A stretch of DNA of 64,000 bases from Mucilaginibacter sp. (GCF_965201005.1 NZ_OZ241747.1:572000-635999); one strand, 5' to 3'. Shown: positions 36,250 through 45,517, counted from the first letter of the stretch. Notes: generated by a model not told the origin, from the letters alone. Program-made: numbers and translations.

Positions 36250-36445
36250 ATAAAAACTTTAAAACGGAATTTGAACACGCCCAAAATATATATGATTTTC
36301 AAAAAAATGCTTATTTATAGTATTTGATAAATCAATATAATCACTATTTTTAACATTTTAAAAACCTGAATAATATTTAATTTGCAGCAGATTTTTTACG
36401 TAACCTAAAAATGACTTTTTTAATATTTTTTCCCGGCTTAGGTTT

Positions 36446-36453
36446 TAAATTTG
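36446..36453 (+). promoter_or_regulatory. candidate -7 box (TAAATTTG) for the glycosyltransferase cluster
   Basis: An exact TAnnTTTG match lies 17 nt upstream of ATG 36470, at the end of a 220-bp AT-rich spacer. It implies a very short leader. Confidence 0.3.
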
Positions 36454-36469
36454 ATTTAATAAGCTGTTA

Positions 36470-37492
36470 ATGTTTGAAAGAACGCCGGTTGCCCCGCCAA
36501 AAATAGTCCCGTTAACAAAAAGTGATCTTAAAAGGCCGCTTTGGTCTGTAATGATCCCGGTTTTTAACTGTATCGGTTTTTTAGCCCAAACTCTGCATTG
36601 TGTACTTATACAGGATCCTGGAGAAAAACTGATGCAGATTGAAGTAATTGACGATTTTAGCACGGATGGCAACGTACAGGCACTGGTTGAGCAGATTGGG
36701 CAAGGCCGTATAAAATATTTCCGGCAAGAAACAAATGTAGGCAGCTTGCGCAATTTTGAAACCTGTATCAATCGTTCTTGCGGTGCGCGCGTACACCTTT
36801 TGCATGGCGATGATTTGGTGTTGCCGGGTTTTTATCAGGAAATCGACCGGTTATTTAATCAAAACCCCGAAGCTGGTGCTGCTTTTACCAGCAATAGTTT
36901 GATCGATGCAAAAAATGCGGTGTTTTATAAGCGGGAAAGTATTCTCCGGTTTCCCGGTATTGTAAAAGATTTTTTAATTAAAAGTGCACAATGGCCCAAA
37001 TTAGAACCCGCGGCAATTGTGGTCAAAAGAAGTGTTTATGAAAATTTAGGAGGTTTTTATGCCGTACATTATGGTGAAGACTGGGAAATGTGGACCAGGA
37101 TTGCAGCCAATTATCCGGTTGCCTACTCGCCGAAGCACCTGGCCGCTTACCGGGTTTTAAGGGAAGGAAACATCACGCAGCAATCGTATTTAAACGGACA
37201 AAATGTGCGTGATATGATTAAAGTGATCGATATCATCCAAAACTATTTGCCGGCAGATAAACGTAAAAAAATTAAAGCAGCAGCCTTAAAATATTATGCT
37301 GTTCATTGTGCAAAAACCGCAATCAAACTGCAGCCAACACAAAAAGCAGCAGCTGTTTTGCAGGCAAAAGCAGCATGGGTATTAGATAAAAATTTTAAAT
37401 CAGTTTGTTTTTTAGGTATTTTTTGGATGAAGCATACTTTCAAAACCATAATCTCAGCACTTGCAAAATTTAAAACTGCATCAGCATGGTAA
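36470..37492 (+). CDS. family-2 glycosyltransferase, paralogue 1 of 4
   Basis: Contains PLWSVMIPVFNC (start of the GT-A fold), the DxD-like IDDFSTD, LLHGDD and YGEDWEMW. It is about 65% identical to paralogue 2. Confidence 0.85.
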   Translation: MFERTPVAPPKIVPLTKSDLKRPLWSVMIPVFNCIGFLAQTLHCVLIQDPGEKLMQIEVIDDFSTDGNVQALVEQIGQGRIKYFRQETNVGSLRNFETCINRSCGARVHLLHGDDLVLPGFYQEIDRLFNQNPEAGAAFTSNSLIDAKNAVFYKRESILRFPGIVKDFLIKSAQWPKLEPAAIVVKRSVYENLGGFYAVHYGEDWEMWTRIAANYPVAYSPKHLAAYRVLREGNITQQSYLNGQNVRDMIKVIDIIQNYLPADKRKKIKAAALKYYAVHCAKTAIKLQPTQKAAAVLQAKAAWVLDKNFKSVCFLGIFWMKHTFKTIISALAKFKTASAW

Positions 37493-38493
37493 ATAATAAA
37501 TTGGTTTTTGATCGGATACCCGCTTCTCCACCCAAAATTCAGCCGCTTGAAAATAGCTCCCGAAGGCCATTATGGTCGGTAATGATATCGGCTTATAACT
37601 GCATTGCGTATCTGGAAAGAGCTATCCGGAGTGTGCTTGTTCAGGATCCGGGCGCAGCTGATATGCAGATTGAAGTGGTGGATGATTGCAGTACAGATGG
37701 TGATTTGGCTGCATTGGTGCAGCAGGTTGGGCAGGGGCGGGTCGGTTATTACAGGCAGGAAATAAACTGTGGCAGCTTGCGGAATTTTGAAACCTGCATC
37801 AACCGTTCCAAAGGGATATACGTGCATATTTTGCATGGTGATGATTTGGTAAAACCAGGTTATTATCAGGAAATAAAAATGTTGTTTGATACTTATCCGC
37901 AAGCCGGTGCTTCTTTTACCAACAATAATTTTATAAATAAAACGGATGTAAACCTTTTTATCAAAGAAACGCTTGCCCACAAACCACAGATTTTAGAAAA
38001 CTTTTTGCTTAAAATCGCTAAATGGCAATTACTTGAACCTGCTGCAATTACTGTCAAAAGAAGTGTTTACGAGCATTTAGGGGGATTTTACGCCGTACAT
38101 TACGGTGAAGACTGGGAAATGTGGACCAGGATAGCAGCCAATTATCCGGTTGCCTACTCGCCAAAATGTTTGGCTTCTTACCGGGTTTTAGATGAGGCTA
38201 ATATTACTCAAAAATCGTATTTAACCAGCCAGAATGTACGGGACATGAGCAAGGTGATCGATATCATCCAGACTTATCTTCCTCCAAATCAAAGAAAAAA
38301 ACTGAAACAGACCGCACTGAAACGGTATTCAGTTTATTTTGCACAGGTTGCCAACACCTTATATCCTGCCCAAAAAGCCGCAGCATTTATGCAGGCAAAA
38401 GAAGCATGGCACATGCATAAAAATGTAAAAGCCTTATATTATATAGTTAAATTATATTTTAAAAAGTTTATTGGTTATAAAGGTAAATTATAA
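37486..38493 (+). CDS. family-2 glycosyltransferase, paralogue 2 of 4
   Basis: Same motif set (PLWSVMISAYNC, VVDDCSTD, ILHGDD, YGEDWEMW). It overlaps paralogue 1 by 7 nt. Confidence 0.85.
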   Translation: MVNNKLVFDRIPASPPKIQPLENSSRRPLWSVMISAYNCIAYLERAIRSVLVQDPGAADMQIEVVDDCSTDGDLAALVQQVGQGRVGYYRQEINCGSLRNFETCINRSKGIYVHILHGDDLVKPGYYQEIKMLFDTYPQAGASFTNNNFINKTDVNLFIKETLAHKPQILENFLLKIAKWQLLEPAAITVKRSVYEHLGGFYAVHYGEDWEMWTRIAANYPVAYSPKCLASYRVLDEANITQKSYLTSQNVRDMSKVIDIIQTYLPPNQRKKLKQTALKRYSVYFAQVANTLYPAQKAAAFMQAKEAWHMHKNVKALYYIVKLYFKKFIGYKGKL

Positions 38494-38499
38494 AACATT

Positions 38500-39783
38500 T
38501 TGGATACAGTTATTAAAGTTGAAAACATTTCAAAAGTTTACCGTTTGGGTGAGGTTGGAACCGGGACCATATCACGCGATCTGGAACGATGGCTTGCAAA
38601 AGTACGGGGCAAAGAAGACCCGTTTTTAACTGTAGGGGAAATAAACGATAGGACAAAAAAAGGGGGCAGCGATGTAGTTTGGAGTTTAAAAGATGTAAGT
38701 TTTGAGATAAAACATGGTGAAGCAGTTGGGATTATCGGTGGTAACGGTGCCGGAAAAAGCACGCTTTTAAAACTATTGAGCCGGGTTACAGGCCCAACTT
38801 CGGGCACCATAAAAGTTAAAGGCAAAATTGCAAGCCTGCTTGAAGTAGGTACAGGTTTTAACCCGGAACTCACCGGCAGGGAAAACATCTATTTAAACGG
38901 TGCGATCCTTGGTATGCGTAAAAAAGACATCACCAGGCATTTTGACGAAATTGTAGATTTTTCGGGTGTAGAACGTTATATAGATACTCCGGTAAAACGC
39001 TATTCATCAGGCATGTACGTGCGTTTGGCATTTGCTGTTGCGGCACATTTAGAAACAGACATCATGATCATTGACGAAGTCTTGGCCGTAGGCGATGCCG
39101 AGTTCCAAAAAAAATGTATGGGCAAAATGAGCCAGGTATCATCCGAGCAGGGCCGCACGATTTTATTTGTCAGCCATAATATCAACGCTATCAGAAACCT
39201 TTGCTCTAAAGCGATCTGGCTGGATAAAGGCAGGGTGTATGCAAACGGAAATGTAAACACGGTAGCCAATCAATACATGGGCGCCATCCAGCAAAAAGCA
39301 CCGAAGCAAAAATTTTATACGATAAAAGAAGCACCGGGGAATGATTTGATCAAAGTCTTTTCTGTAGAACTGATATCTGATTTACCTGATCCGTCTGCCG
39401 CTATTGATATCCGTACGCCTGTTACGGTAAAGTTCAGCTTTTACAGTTTTAGCGACCAGGTTAATTTATCAACCGATCTGATGCTTTACACTTTATTGGG
39501 CGAATGTATCTTTAGCGTCCCGTCTCAGCCCGTTTTATTTAATAAAGGAATGATAGAAGGGGAATGTACAATCCCCGGAAATTTGCTTAACGATGGCTCT
39601 TATTTTATAACCATTCTTTTTGTAAAAGATACCTCTGTTTATTTATACAAGCATGAGGCCTGCGTTTTTTTTGATGTGGCAGATTACCGCGAAAATGAAA
39701 ACAGGTATGATAAATGGCCGGGTTTTGTGCGGCCTGCTTTGCCTGTATTGTTAAAACCGTCTGACACAAAGATGGAGCTTTAA
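38500..39783 (+). CDS. polysaccharide/O-antigen-type ABC transporter ATP-binding protein (Wzt/TagH-like) with an extra C-terminal domain
   Basis: Walker A GGNGAGKST, signature YSSGMYVRLAFA, Walker B MIIDEVLAVGD and an H-loop SHN. An additional beta-rich region of about 150 aa follows. The apparent start is TTG. Confidence 0.85.
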   Translation: MDTVIKVENISKVYRLGEVGTGTISRDLERWLAKVRGKEDPFLTVGEINDRTKKGGSDVVWSLKDVSFEIKHGEAVGIIGGNGAGKSTLLKLLSRVTGPTSGTIKVKGKIASLLEVGTGFNPELTGRENIYLNGAILGMRKKDITRHFDEIVDFSGVERYIDTPVKRYSSGMYVRLAFAVAAHLETDIMIIDEVLAVGDAEFQKKCMGKMSQVSSEQGRTILFVSHNINAIRNLCSKAIWLDKGRVYANGNVNTVANQYMGAIQQKAPKQKFYTIKEAPGNDLIKVFSVELISDLPDPSAAIDIRTPVTVKFSFYSFSDQVNLSTDLMLYTLLGECIFSVPSQPVLFNKGMIEGECTIPGNLLNDGSYFITILFVKDTSVYLYKHEACVFFDVADYRENENRYDKWPGFVRPALPVLLKPSDTKMEL

Positions 39784-39825
39784 AAACATCATTTTTATAT
39801 CAGCATAAATTATTAAAAAAACGTT

Positions 39826-40848
39826 TTGCAAAGGATACCATCTACCCCGCCAGAAATCGCGCCGCTCGGCAAATCGGATGAACGCCCTTTTTGGTCTGTG
39901 ATGATCCCTGCCTACAATTGTTCTGTTTTTTTGCCCGATGCGATACAAAGTGTGTTAAGTCAGGACCCGGGCGAAGCCATGATGCAGATAGAGGTTGTGG
40001 ACGATTGCAGCACGGACGCCGATGTAGGGGCATTGGTAAAAAGGCTTGGAAAAGGAAGGGTTTCATATTACAGGCAGGAAAAGAATATGGGCAGCCTGCG
40101 TAATTTTGAAACTTGTATCAACCGCGCCCAGGGCTATCACATTCATTTATTGCATGGGGATGATCGTGTAAAGCCGGGATATTATCAACATATCCAATCA
40201 CTTTTTAAAAAGTATCCCGAAGCCGGTGCTGCGTTTTGCGCCTGGAATAATATAGATGAAGAAAATAATATTTTGCGGCGTTCTGCCATTGAAGTCGGAA
40301 AGCCGGATATTTTGGTTAATTGGTTGCCAAAATTAGCGGAACACACCAGGATTCAATACGTTGCCATTGTTGTAAAGCGGGAAGTTTACGAGAAGTTAGG
40401 CAGCTTTTACGGTGTTACCTACGGCGAAGATTGGGAAATGTGGGCACGTGTGGCCAGGGATTATCCGATAGCTTACACGCCGGAAATTCTTGCCGAATAC
40501 CGCGAACATAAAAGTTCAATTTCGAGCAACAGTTTTCTTACGGGCAAAAATATTCAGGATATTTCTAAAGTAATCCACACCATTAGTGGGTATCTGCCGC
40601 AAAAAGACCAAAAAAAAATCAATCGGCTGGCGCATAAAAACTTTGTTCACTGGTCATTTCAATATACAAAGTATTTATGGAAACAAACCCGGAATGCACG
40701 GCTTGCTTATAATCAGGTAAAAGAAATGCTCAGGGTTTACATCGATTTAAGGCTGTTGATATTGCTGTTCATGTTCGGATTGATGGTTTTGGCAGATTTT
40801 ATTTTTAAATTGTTAAAAAAGTTATACTACAGGATGCGGCTCGTTTGA
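39826..40848 (+). CDS. family-2 glycosyltransferase, paralogue 3 of 4 (with a C-terminal TM segment)
   Basis: Contains PFWSVMIPAYNC, VVDDCSTD, LLHGDD and YGEDWEMW, with the hydrophobic tail LLILLFMFGLMVLADFIF. Only a TTG start is available after the in-frame TAA. Confidence 0.8.
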   Translation: MQRIPSTPPEIAPLGKSDERPFWSVMIPAYNCSVFLPDAIQSVLSQDPGEAMMQIEVVDDCSTDADVGALVKRLGKGRVSYYRQEKNMGSLRNFETCINRAQGYHIHLLHGDDRVKPGYYQHIQSLFKKYPEAGAAFCAWNNIDEENNILRRSAIEVGKPDILVNWLPKLAEHTRIQYVAIVVKREVYEKLGSFYGVTYGEDWEMWARVARDYPIAYTPEILAEYREHKSSISSNSFLTGKNIQDISKVIHTISGYLPQKDQKKINRLAHKNFVHWSFQYTKYLWKQTRNARLAYNQVKEMLRVYIDLRLLILLFMFGLMVLADFIFKLLKKLYYRMRLV

Positions 40849-40872
40849 ACCTGTTTTTTTAAAAGGGATTAC

Positions 40873-40964
40873 ATGCTTCTTTTATCCGGTTAAAATTAGT
40901 GGTTATACTTAGTATTTTTGAAAAGGGCAAAAGTTCACTGTTTTTTGTACAATAAAAGAAGCAT
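40873..40964. repeat. ATGCTTCTTTTA-family palindromic element (L...R, 92 bp)
   Basis: The arms are ATGCTTCTTTTATCCGGTTAAAATTAGTGG... and ...GTACAATAAAAGAAGCAT. Confidence 0.85.
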
Positions 40965-41018
40965 GAAAATATTGAAAGTAAGGTTGATGGCCTGTTTAAA
41001 TTTTATCAAATGGCTTTC

Positions 41019-41101
41019 ATGCTTCTTTTATCACCTAAAATTTGGTGGTTTGCCGATAGTATTAATTACCAAAACAAAATTTACAGGCATAAAAGAAGCA
41101 T
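41019..41101. repeat. ATGCTTCTTTTA-family palindromic element (L...R, 83 bp), near-consensus copy
   Basis: The arms are ATGCTTCTTTTATCACCTAAAATTTGGTGGTTT... and ...AAAATTTACAGGCATAAAAGAAGCAT. An outer arm GCCTGTTTAAA sits at 40990-41000. Confidence 0.9.
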
Positions 41102-41159
41102 ATAAACATCCGGATGAGATTAAAAAAAACGCTTAACTAAAAATTAAACAATAGCAGTT

Positions 41160-42206
41160 TTGCAAAGGATACCCGCCACCCCGCCAGAAATCGCGCCGCT
41201 CGGCAGCTTGGATGAACGTCCGTTTTGGTCTGTGATGATCCCGGCCTACAACTGTTCTGTTTTTTTGCCCGATGCGATTGAAAGTGTGCTGGCGCAAGAC
41301 CCGGGCGAAGCCATGATGCAGATAGAAGTTGTGGATGACTGCAGCATGGACGAAGATGTGGAGGCATTGGTAAAAAGGCTTGGAAAAGGAAGGGTTTTAT
41401 ATTACAGGCAGGAAAAAAACGTGGGCAGCCTGCGTAATTTTGAAACTTGTATCAACCGAGCTAAGGGTTATCACATCCACTTACTGCATGGCGACGACCG
41501 CGTAAAATCGGGCTTTTACAGCAGTTTGAAAAGGTTGTTTGACAATTTCCCCGATGCCGGAGCTGCTTACTGCGCCTGGAATTATATTGATGATCAGGGA
41601 AATATTTTGCGGCCATCAAGGATAGAAGCAGAGGCAGAATGTGTTATAGATAATTGCTTATCATTACTGGCCGAGCAACAACTGCTTCAATACGTTTGTA
41701 TTGCTGTTAAGCGGGAAGTTTATGAAAAGTTAGGCAGCTTTTATGGTGTTACTTATGGCGAAGATTGGATTATGTGGGCAAGGATTGCAAAAGAATATCC
41801 GATAGCTTACTTACCTAAAATACTTGCCGAGTATCGGGAGCACGAAAGCTCTATCTCGAACACCAGTTTTATTTCTGGTAAAAATATACGAGACATCAGC
41901 AAAGTTTTCAGTATAATCAACAGCTATCTCCCAAAAGAAAAACAAAAAAAAGCAAGTTTGGCAGCCAGAAAAACATACTGTTACTGGGCGTTAGGTGTAA
42001 CATGTGATATTTGGCACACCACCAGAAACAAGGAGATTGTTTACAACCAGTTAAGAGAAATCGTTAAGCTGTACAAGGATCCGAAAGTCCTTAAGATAAC
42101 GGCCGGTTTGCTCTTTTTAATGCAGGTGGAACCTTTTTCCAAATACCTGAAGCGTATTATAAATTTCAATCCTAAAAATGAACAAAACAATACCGGCCAA
42201 AATTGA
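41160..42206 (+). CDS. family-2 glycosyltransferase, paralogue 4 of 4
   Basis: About 75% identical to paralogue 3. The first ~200 nt are about 90% identical at the DNA level, including the TTG start context GTTTTGCAAAGGATACC. Confidence 0.8.
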   Translation: MQRIPATPPEIAPLGSLDERPFWSVMIPAYNCSVFLPDAIESVLAQDPGEAMMQIEVVDDCSMDEDVEALVKRLGKGRVLYYRQEKNVGSLRNFETCINRAKGYHIHLLHGDDRVKSGFYSSLKRLFDNFPDAGAAYCAWNYIDDQGNILRPSRIEAEAECVIDNCLSLLAEQQLLQYVCIAVKREVYEKLGSFYGVTYGEDWIMWARIAKEYPIAYLPKILAEYREHESSISNTSFISGKNIRDISKVFSIINSYLPKEKQKKASLAARKTYCYWALGVTCDIWHTTRNKEIVYNQLREIVKLYKDPKVLKITAGLLFLMQVEPFSKYLKRIINFNPKNEQNNTGQN

Positions 42207-43452
42207 GCATGTACAGCTTGAGGGTTTGGCTTTTAAGCCAGCACAAAAAGGTTATTATTATTTAGTGTTCTGGTGGTATAATATCCCGTTGGGGGATTTA
42301 TATATTGAATTTGACGGGCAGGAAACCGACGATAGTAAACTGAACAAAGCCATTATTAATGCTATTGCGCCTGCAATTGATTTTTATATTTCAAAATACA
42401 AATCTCAAGGAAAAGATAATTACCAAAAGGAATTTACACAAGGTAATTTCGATGGTTTTAAAAAAACCATGGGCGAAATTTTTTCTGCCTGTCTGCCGGT
42501 TGATATTCCGCGTAAAGTGGACGTTTCTGTTGTTATTTGCACCAGAAACAGAAGCCGTGATTTAAAATTGTGTATAGAGAGCCTGCTTAAGCAAACCTGT
42601 CTTCCGATAGAAATTATTGTGGTTGATAACGCACCGACAGACGACAGTACAAAACTTGTTGCACAACAACACCCGGAAGTTACGTATTACCTGGAAGAAC
42701 GGCCCGGACTCGATATTGCGCGCAACACGGGGGCTTTAAAGGCTAAATATCACATAATTGCTTATACAGATGACGATGTTCAGGTACATCCTTTATGGAC
42801 ATACCGGGTTTGGGAAACGTTTTTAAAAGAAGATGTTCATGCCATGACAGGTTTGGTGCTTGCTTCATCACTTGATACGGAAAGTCAGCAAATTTTTGAA
42901 AAGCATTGGGCCTTTAACAAAGGTTATATTTATAAAATATATGATAATTATTTTATAAAGTCAAATTTAAAAGTTGGGCCAAAAGTTTGGGACATTGGTG
43001 CTGGCGCAAACATGGCTTTCAGAAAAGCTGTATTGGCAAAAGTAAACTGGTTTGATGAAAGGTTGGATGTTGGGGCGGCCGGTTGCAGCGGCGACTCTGA
43101 AATTTGGTTCAGGGTTTTAGAAAATAACTTTAACATCCAGTATAACCCTCAGGCTGTCGTTTACCACGAACACCGTAATGAATTGAGCAAACTGCATAAA
43201 CAGCTTTTTAATTATATGCGTGGTTTTGCTGCTGCCGCTTTGATCCAACATGATCAAAATAAGCACGCAGGCTACCGCAAACATTTGTTTTACACACTTC
43301 CGCGATACTATTTCTTTTCCATGGTCCGCGGTTTTCCGTTTTACAAATTCAATCACCAAACTGTTTTTAGTGAGGTACATGGTTTACTTTCGGGTATAAA
43401 ATTTTATTATCAGAACAAAAAAAAACCACCTTTCCGCTCTGGTATTAGTTAA
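42178..43452 (+). CDS. family-2 glycosyltransferase with a ~110-aa N-terminal extension
   Basis: Contains VSVVICTRNRSRDL, IIVVDNAPTDDS and AYTDDDV. It overlaps the previous gene by 29 nt. Confidence 0.8.
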   Translation: MNKTIPAKIEHVQLEGLAFKPAQKGYYYLVFWWYNIPLGDLYIEFDGQETDDSKLNKAIINAIAPAIDFYISKYKSQGKDNYQKEFTQGNFDGFKKTMGEIFSACLPVDIPRKVDVSVVICTRNRSRDLKLCIESLLKQTCLPIEIIVVDNAPTDDSTKLVAQQHPEVTYYLEERPGLDIARNTGALKAKYHIIAYTDDDVQVHPLWTYRVWETFLKEDVHAMTGLVLASSLDTESQQIFEKHWAFNKGYIYKIYDNYFIKSNLKVGPKVWDIGAGANMAFRKAVLAKVNWFDERLDVGAAGCSGDSEIWFRVLENNFNIQYNPQAVVYHEHRNELSKLHKQLFNYMRGFAAAALIQHDQNKHAGYRKHLFYTLPRYYFFSMVRGFPFYKFNHQTVFSEVHGLLSGIKFYYQNKKKPPFRSGIS

Positions 43453-43461
43453 AATTAAGCA

Positions 43462-44361
43462 ATGGAACAACCGCTTGTTTCTGTAATTATACCATGCTAT
43501 AATCAGGGTATTTATCTTGAAAAAGCCATCGAAAGTGTTTTTTCACAATCTTACCTGCATTTTGAAATTATTGTTGTGGATGACGGTTCGGCTGACCAGA
43601 CAAAAGAAGTTGTACAAAAATATAGTTCCGTAAAATACATTTATCAAACCAATCAAGGGGTTTCTGCTGCCCGAAACAATGGCATCAAAAACAGTAACGG
43701 AAAATTGCTGGTATTTCTGGATGCTGACGACTGGCTTTTGCCGGATGCTTTTTTTATCAATATAAATTACTTGGCACAAAATCCTGACGCTGTTTTTGTA
43801 TCTGGTGCGCATGAATTGTATTATCAGCCCGAAAACAAAAACTGGCTGATCCGGAAAGAAGTGAAAGAAAATCATTATTGCCGGTTGCTGGAAGGAAATT
43901 ACATAGGTATGCCTGCCGTGGCAATGTACCAAAGATGGGTTTTTGATGAATTTCAGTTTGATACCAACTTGGATTATTGCGAAGATTATGATTTATGCCT
44001 GCAAATTGCACGCAAATATCCGGTTATCCATCATACCGAGTTGATTGCGATTTATAATTTTCGTGAAGACAGCGTTTCTTCAAACATTTTAAAAATGCTA
44101 AAATATGCTTTATTGGTATTGAACAAACAAAAAAGCTTTATTTTAAATAACCGGGAAGAAGCATGTTTGCAGCACGGTTTAAGCAATTGGAAAACTTATT
44201 ATTCTGAAAAAATTTATAACCGTTTGCATTTTCAGTTGTACGGGCCAGAATTGCAGGTTGACCAACAAGAGCTTGAAGCTTTGAAGGAAAATTCCCCGGA
44301 GTTGTACGCTAAATTTATTACTGAAAACGGTTTCAACGATGATGCAAACTTGGCGGTATAA
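43462..44361 (+). CDS. family-2 glycosyltransferase
   Basis: Contains VSVIIPCYNQGIYLEKAIESV, IIVVDDGSAD and FLDADDW. Confidence 0.85.
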   Translation: MEQPLVSVIIPCYNQGIYLEKAIESVFSQSYLHFEIIVVDDGSADQTKEVVQKYSSVKYIYQTNQGVSAARNNGIKNSNGKLLVFLDADDWLLPDAFFININYLAQNPDAVFVSGAHELYYQPENKNWLIRKEVKENHYCRLLEGNYIGMPAVAMYQRWVFDEFQFDTNLDYCEDYDLCLQIARKYPVIHHTELIAIYNFREDSVSSNILKMLKYALLVLNKQKSFILNNREEACLQHGLSNWKTYYSEKIYNRLHFQLYGPELQVDQQELEALKENSPELYAKFITENGFNDDANLAV

Positions 44362-44425
44362 ACAAGTGGTTTGAGTGTTTTTTAAATTTCTGTTCCTGCC
44401 GAAACTTCATTGAAAAACGCTTCAC

Positions 44426-44499
44426 ATGCTTCTTTTATCACCCTAAATTTGGTCTTTTATATAGATTTTTCAGTAAAATTTATGGCATAAAAGAAGCAT
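44426..44499. repeat. ATGCTTCTTTTA-family palindromic element (L...R, 74 bp)
   Basis: The arms are ATGCTTCTTTTATCACCCTAAATTTGGTC... and ...AAAATTTATGGCATAAAAGAAGCAT. An outer arm TTTAAACAGGC starts exactly 20 nt downstream (44520-44530). Confidence 0.9.
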
Positions 44500-44554
44500 G
44501 GTAAACTTGCCGACAAAGCTTTAAACAGGCTCTTGTTTTCGGAAATGTTGGATG

Positions 44555-45517
44555 CTAATTTTCGCAAATTTCCCAGATCGATTGCTTCACCGGTTTAAAC
44601 TCAAAACCGATTGCCGCTTTTATCTTTCGGTTATCGTAATCCTGCACGCGGCTGGCCGCTTGTGCCGAAATTTTATCAACGCCCATTTTTTTGCCGGTAA
44701 AAACAGTACCGGTTGCCGATGCGCGCCAGGCAATTTCCAGCATCCAGGGTTTGGCTTCGGTTTGCGGCGGTTTTAGGTTAAAGTTTTTGGCAATTTCTGC
44801 AAAGAGGTTTTTATAGTTCCAGTTTTCAGCATTCAAAATAAAGCGTTCGTTGCTGATACCGCTTTCCATCAGCAAAATCATTGTTTTGGCCACATCTTCA
44901 ACGTCCACCAAACCGCAACTGCCGGAAGTATAAAATTTTAAACCGTTGCGCACCGTTTCAAAAATCTGTCCGGTGCCTTCTTTGCCCGCATTTTTACCGA
45001 TGATTAAGGATGGGTTAACAATCACGGCATCCAAACCTTCGGCCATGCCGCGCCAAACTTCCATCTCACTTTCGTATTTTGAAATGGCGTAGGCATTGTC
45101 TTTCGGCGTTTCTTCCAGGTGGTGGTTTTCGTTGATCAGCTCGCCGGGTTTTCCTTCGCCAATGGCCGCAATGGAACTTACATGGAGCAAACGGATGCCA
45201 TTCTCCGTACAAAGATTGACCAAGTTTGCCGTGCCTTCCACATTATTTTGGATCAGTTTTTTTTTGAGCGACGGATCAAACGAAACCAAAGCCGCGCAAT
45301 GATAAACCTGCGTAACGCCCGGCAATGCTTCTTTTAAGGCATTAATTTCGAGCAAATCAGCCTCAACCCAAACAATTTTATGCTGAAAAGGAAGCAGCAT
45401 TTCCGGGATTTTGGAAGATGCGCGTTTGGTGCAATGGATGCTGTTTTTACCACCTAAAATTAGTTGCCGGCAAACTTCGGAACCGAGAAAACCTGTTGCA
45501 CCTGTTACTAAAATCAT
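44555..45517 (-). CDS. NAD-dependent epimerase/dehydratase (extended SDR)
   Basis: Starts MILVTGATGFLGSEV (Rossmann GxxGxxG) and has the catalytic YAISK. It contains three repeat-family copies (44697, 45325, 45438). Confidence 0.85.
   Translation of the reverse strand: MILVTGATGFLGSEVCRQLILGGKNSIHCTKRASSKIPEMLLPFQHKIVWVEADLLEINALKEALPGVTQVYHCAALVSFDPSLKKKLIQNNVEGTANLVNLCTENGIRLLHVSSIAAIGEGKPGELINENHHLEETPKDNAYAISKYESEMEVWRGMAEGLDAVIVNPSLIIGKNAGKEGTGQIFETVRNGLKFYTSGSCGLVDVEDVAKTMILLMESGISNERFILNAENWNYKNLFAEIAKNFNLKPPQTEAKPWMLEIAWRASATGTVFTGKKMGVDKISAQAASRVQDYDNRKIKAAIGFEFKPVKQSIWEICEN

Noticed and set aside
40918-41136. ORFs that begin in or run through repeat arms (40918..41136, 17288..17602, 19380..19694, 14346 as a start for kdpD-N, 12446 as a start for kdpC). 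Several begin MLLLS or MLLLA.
   Set aside because: The arm ATGCTTCTTTTA supplies an ATG and an open frame (MLLLSPKIWW...) by construction. These ORFs are otherwise intergenic, overlap better gene models, or give implausible N-terminal extensions.
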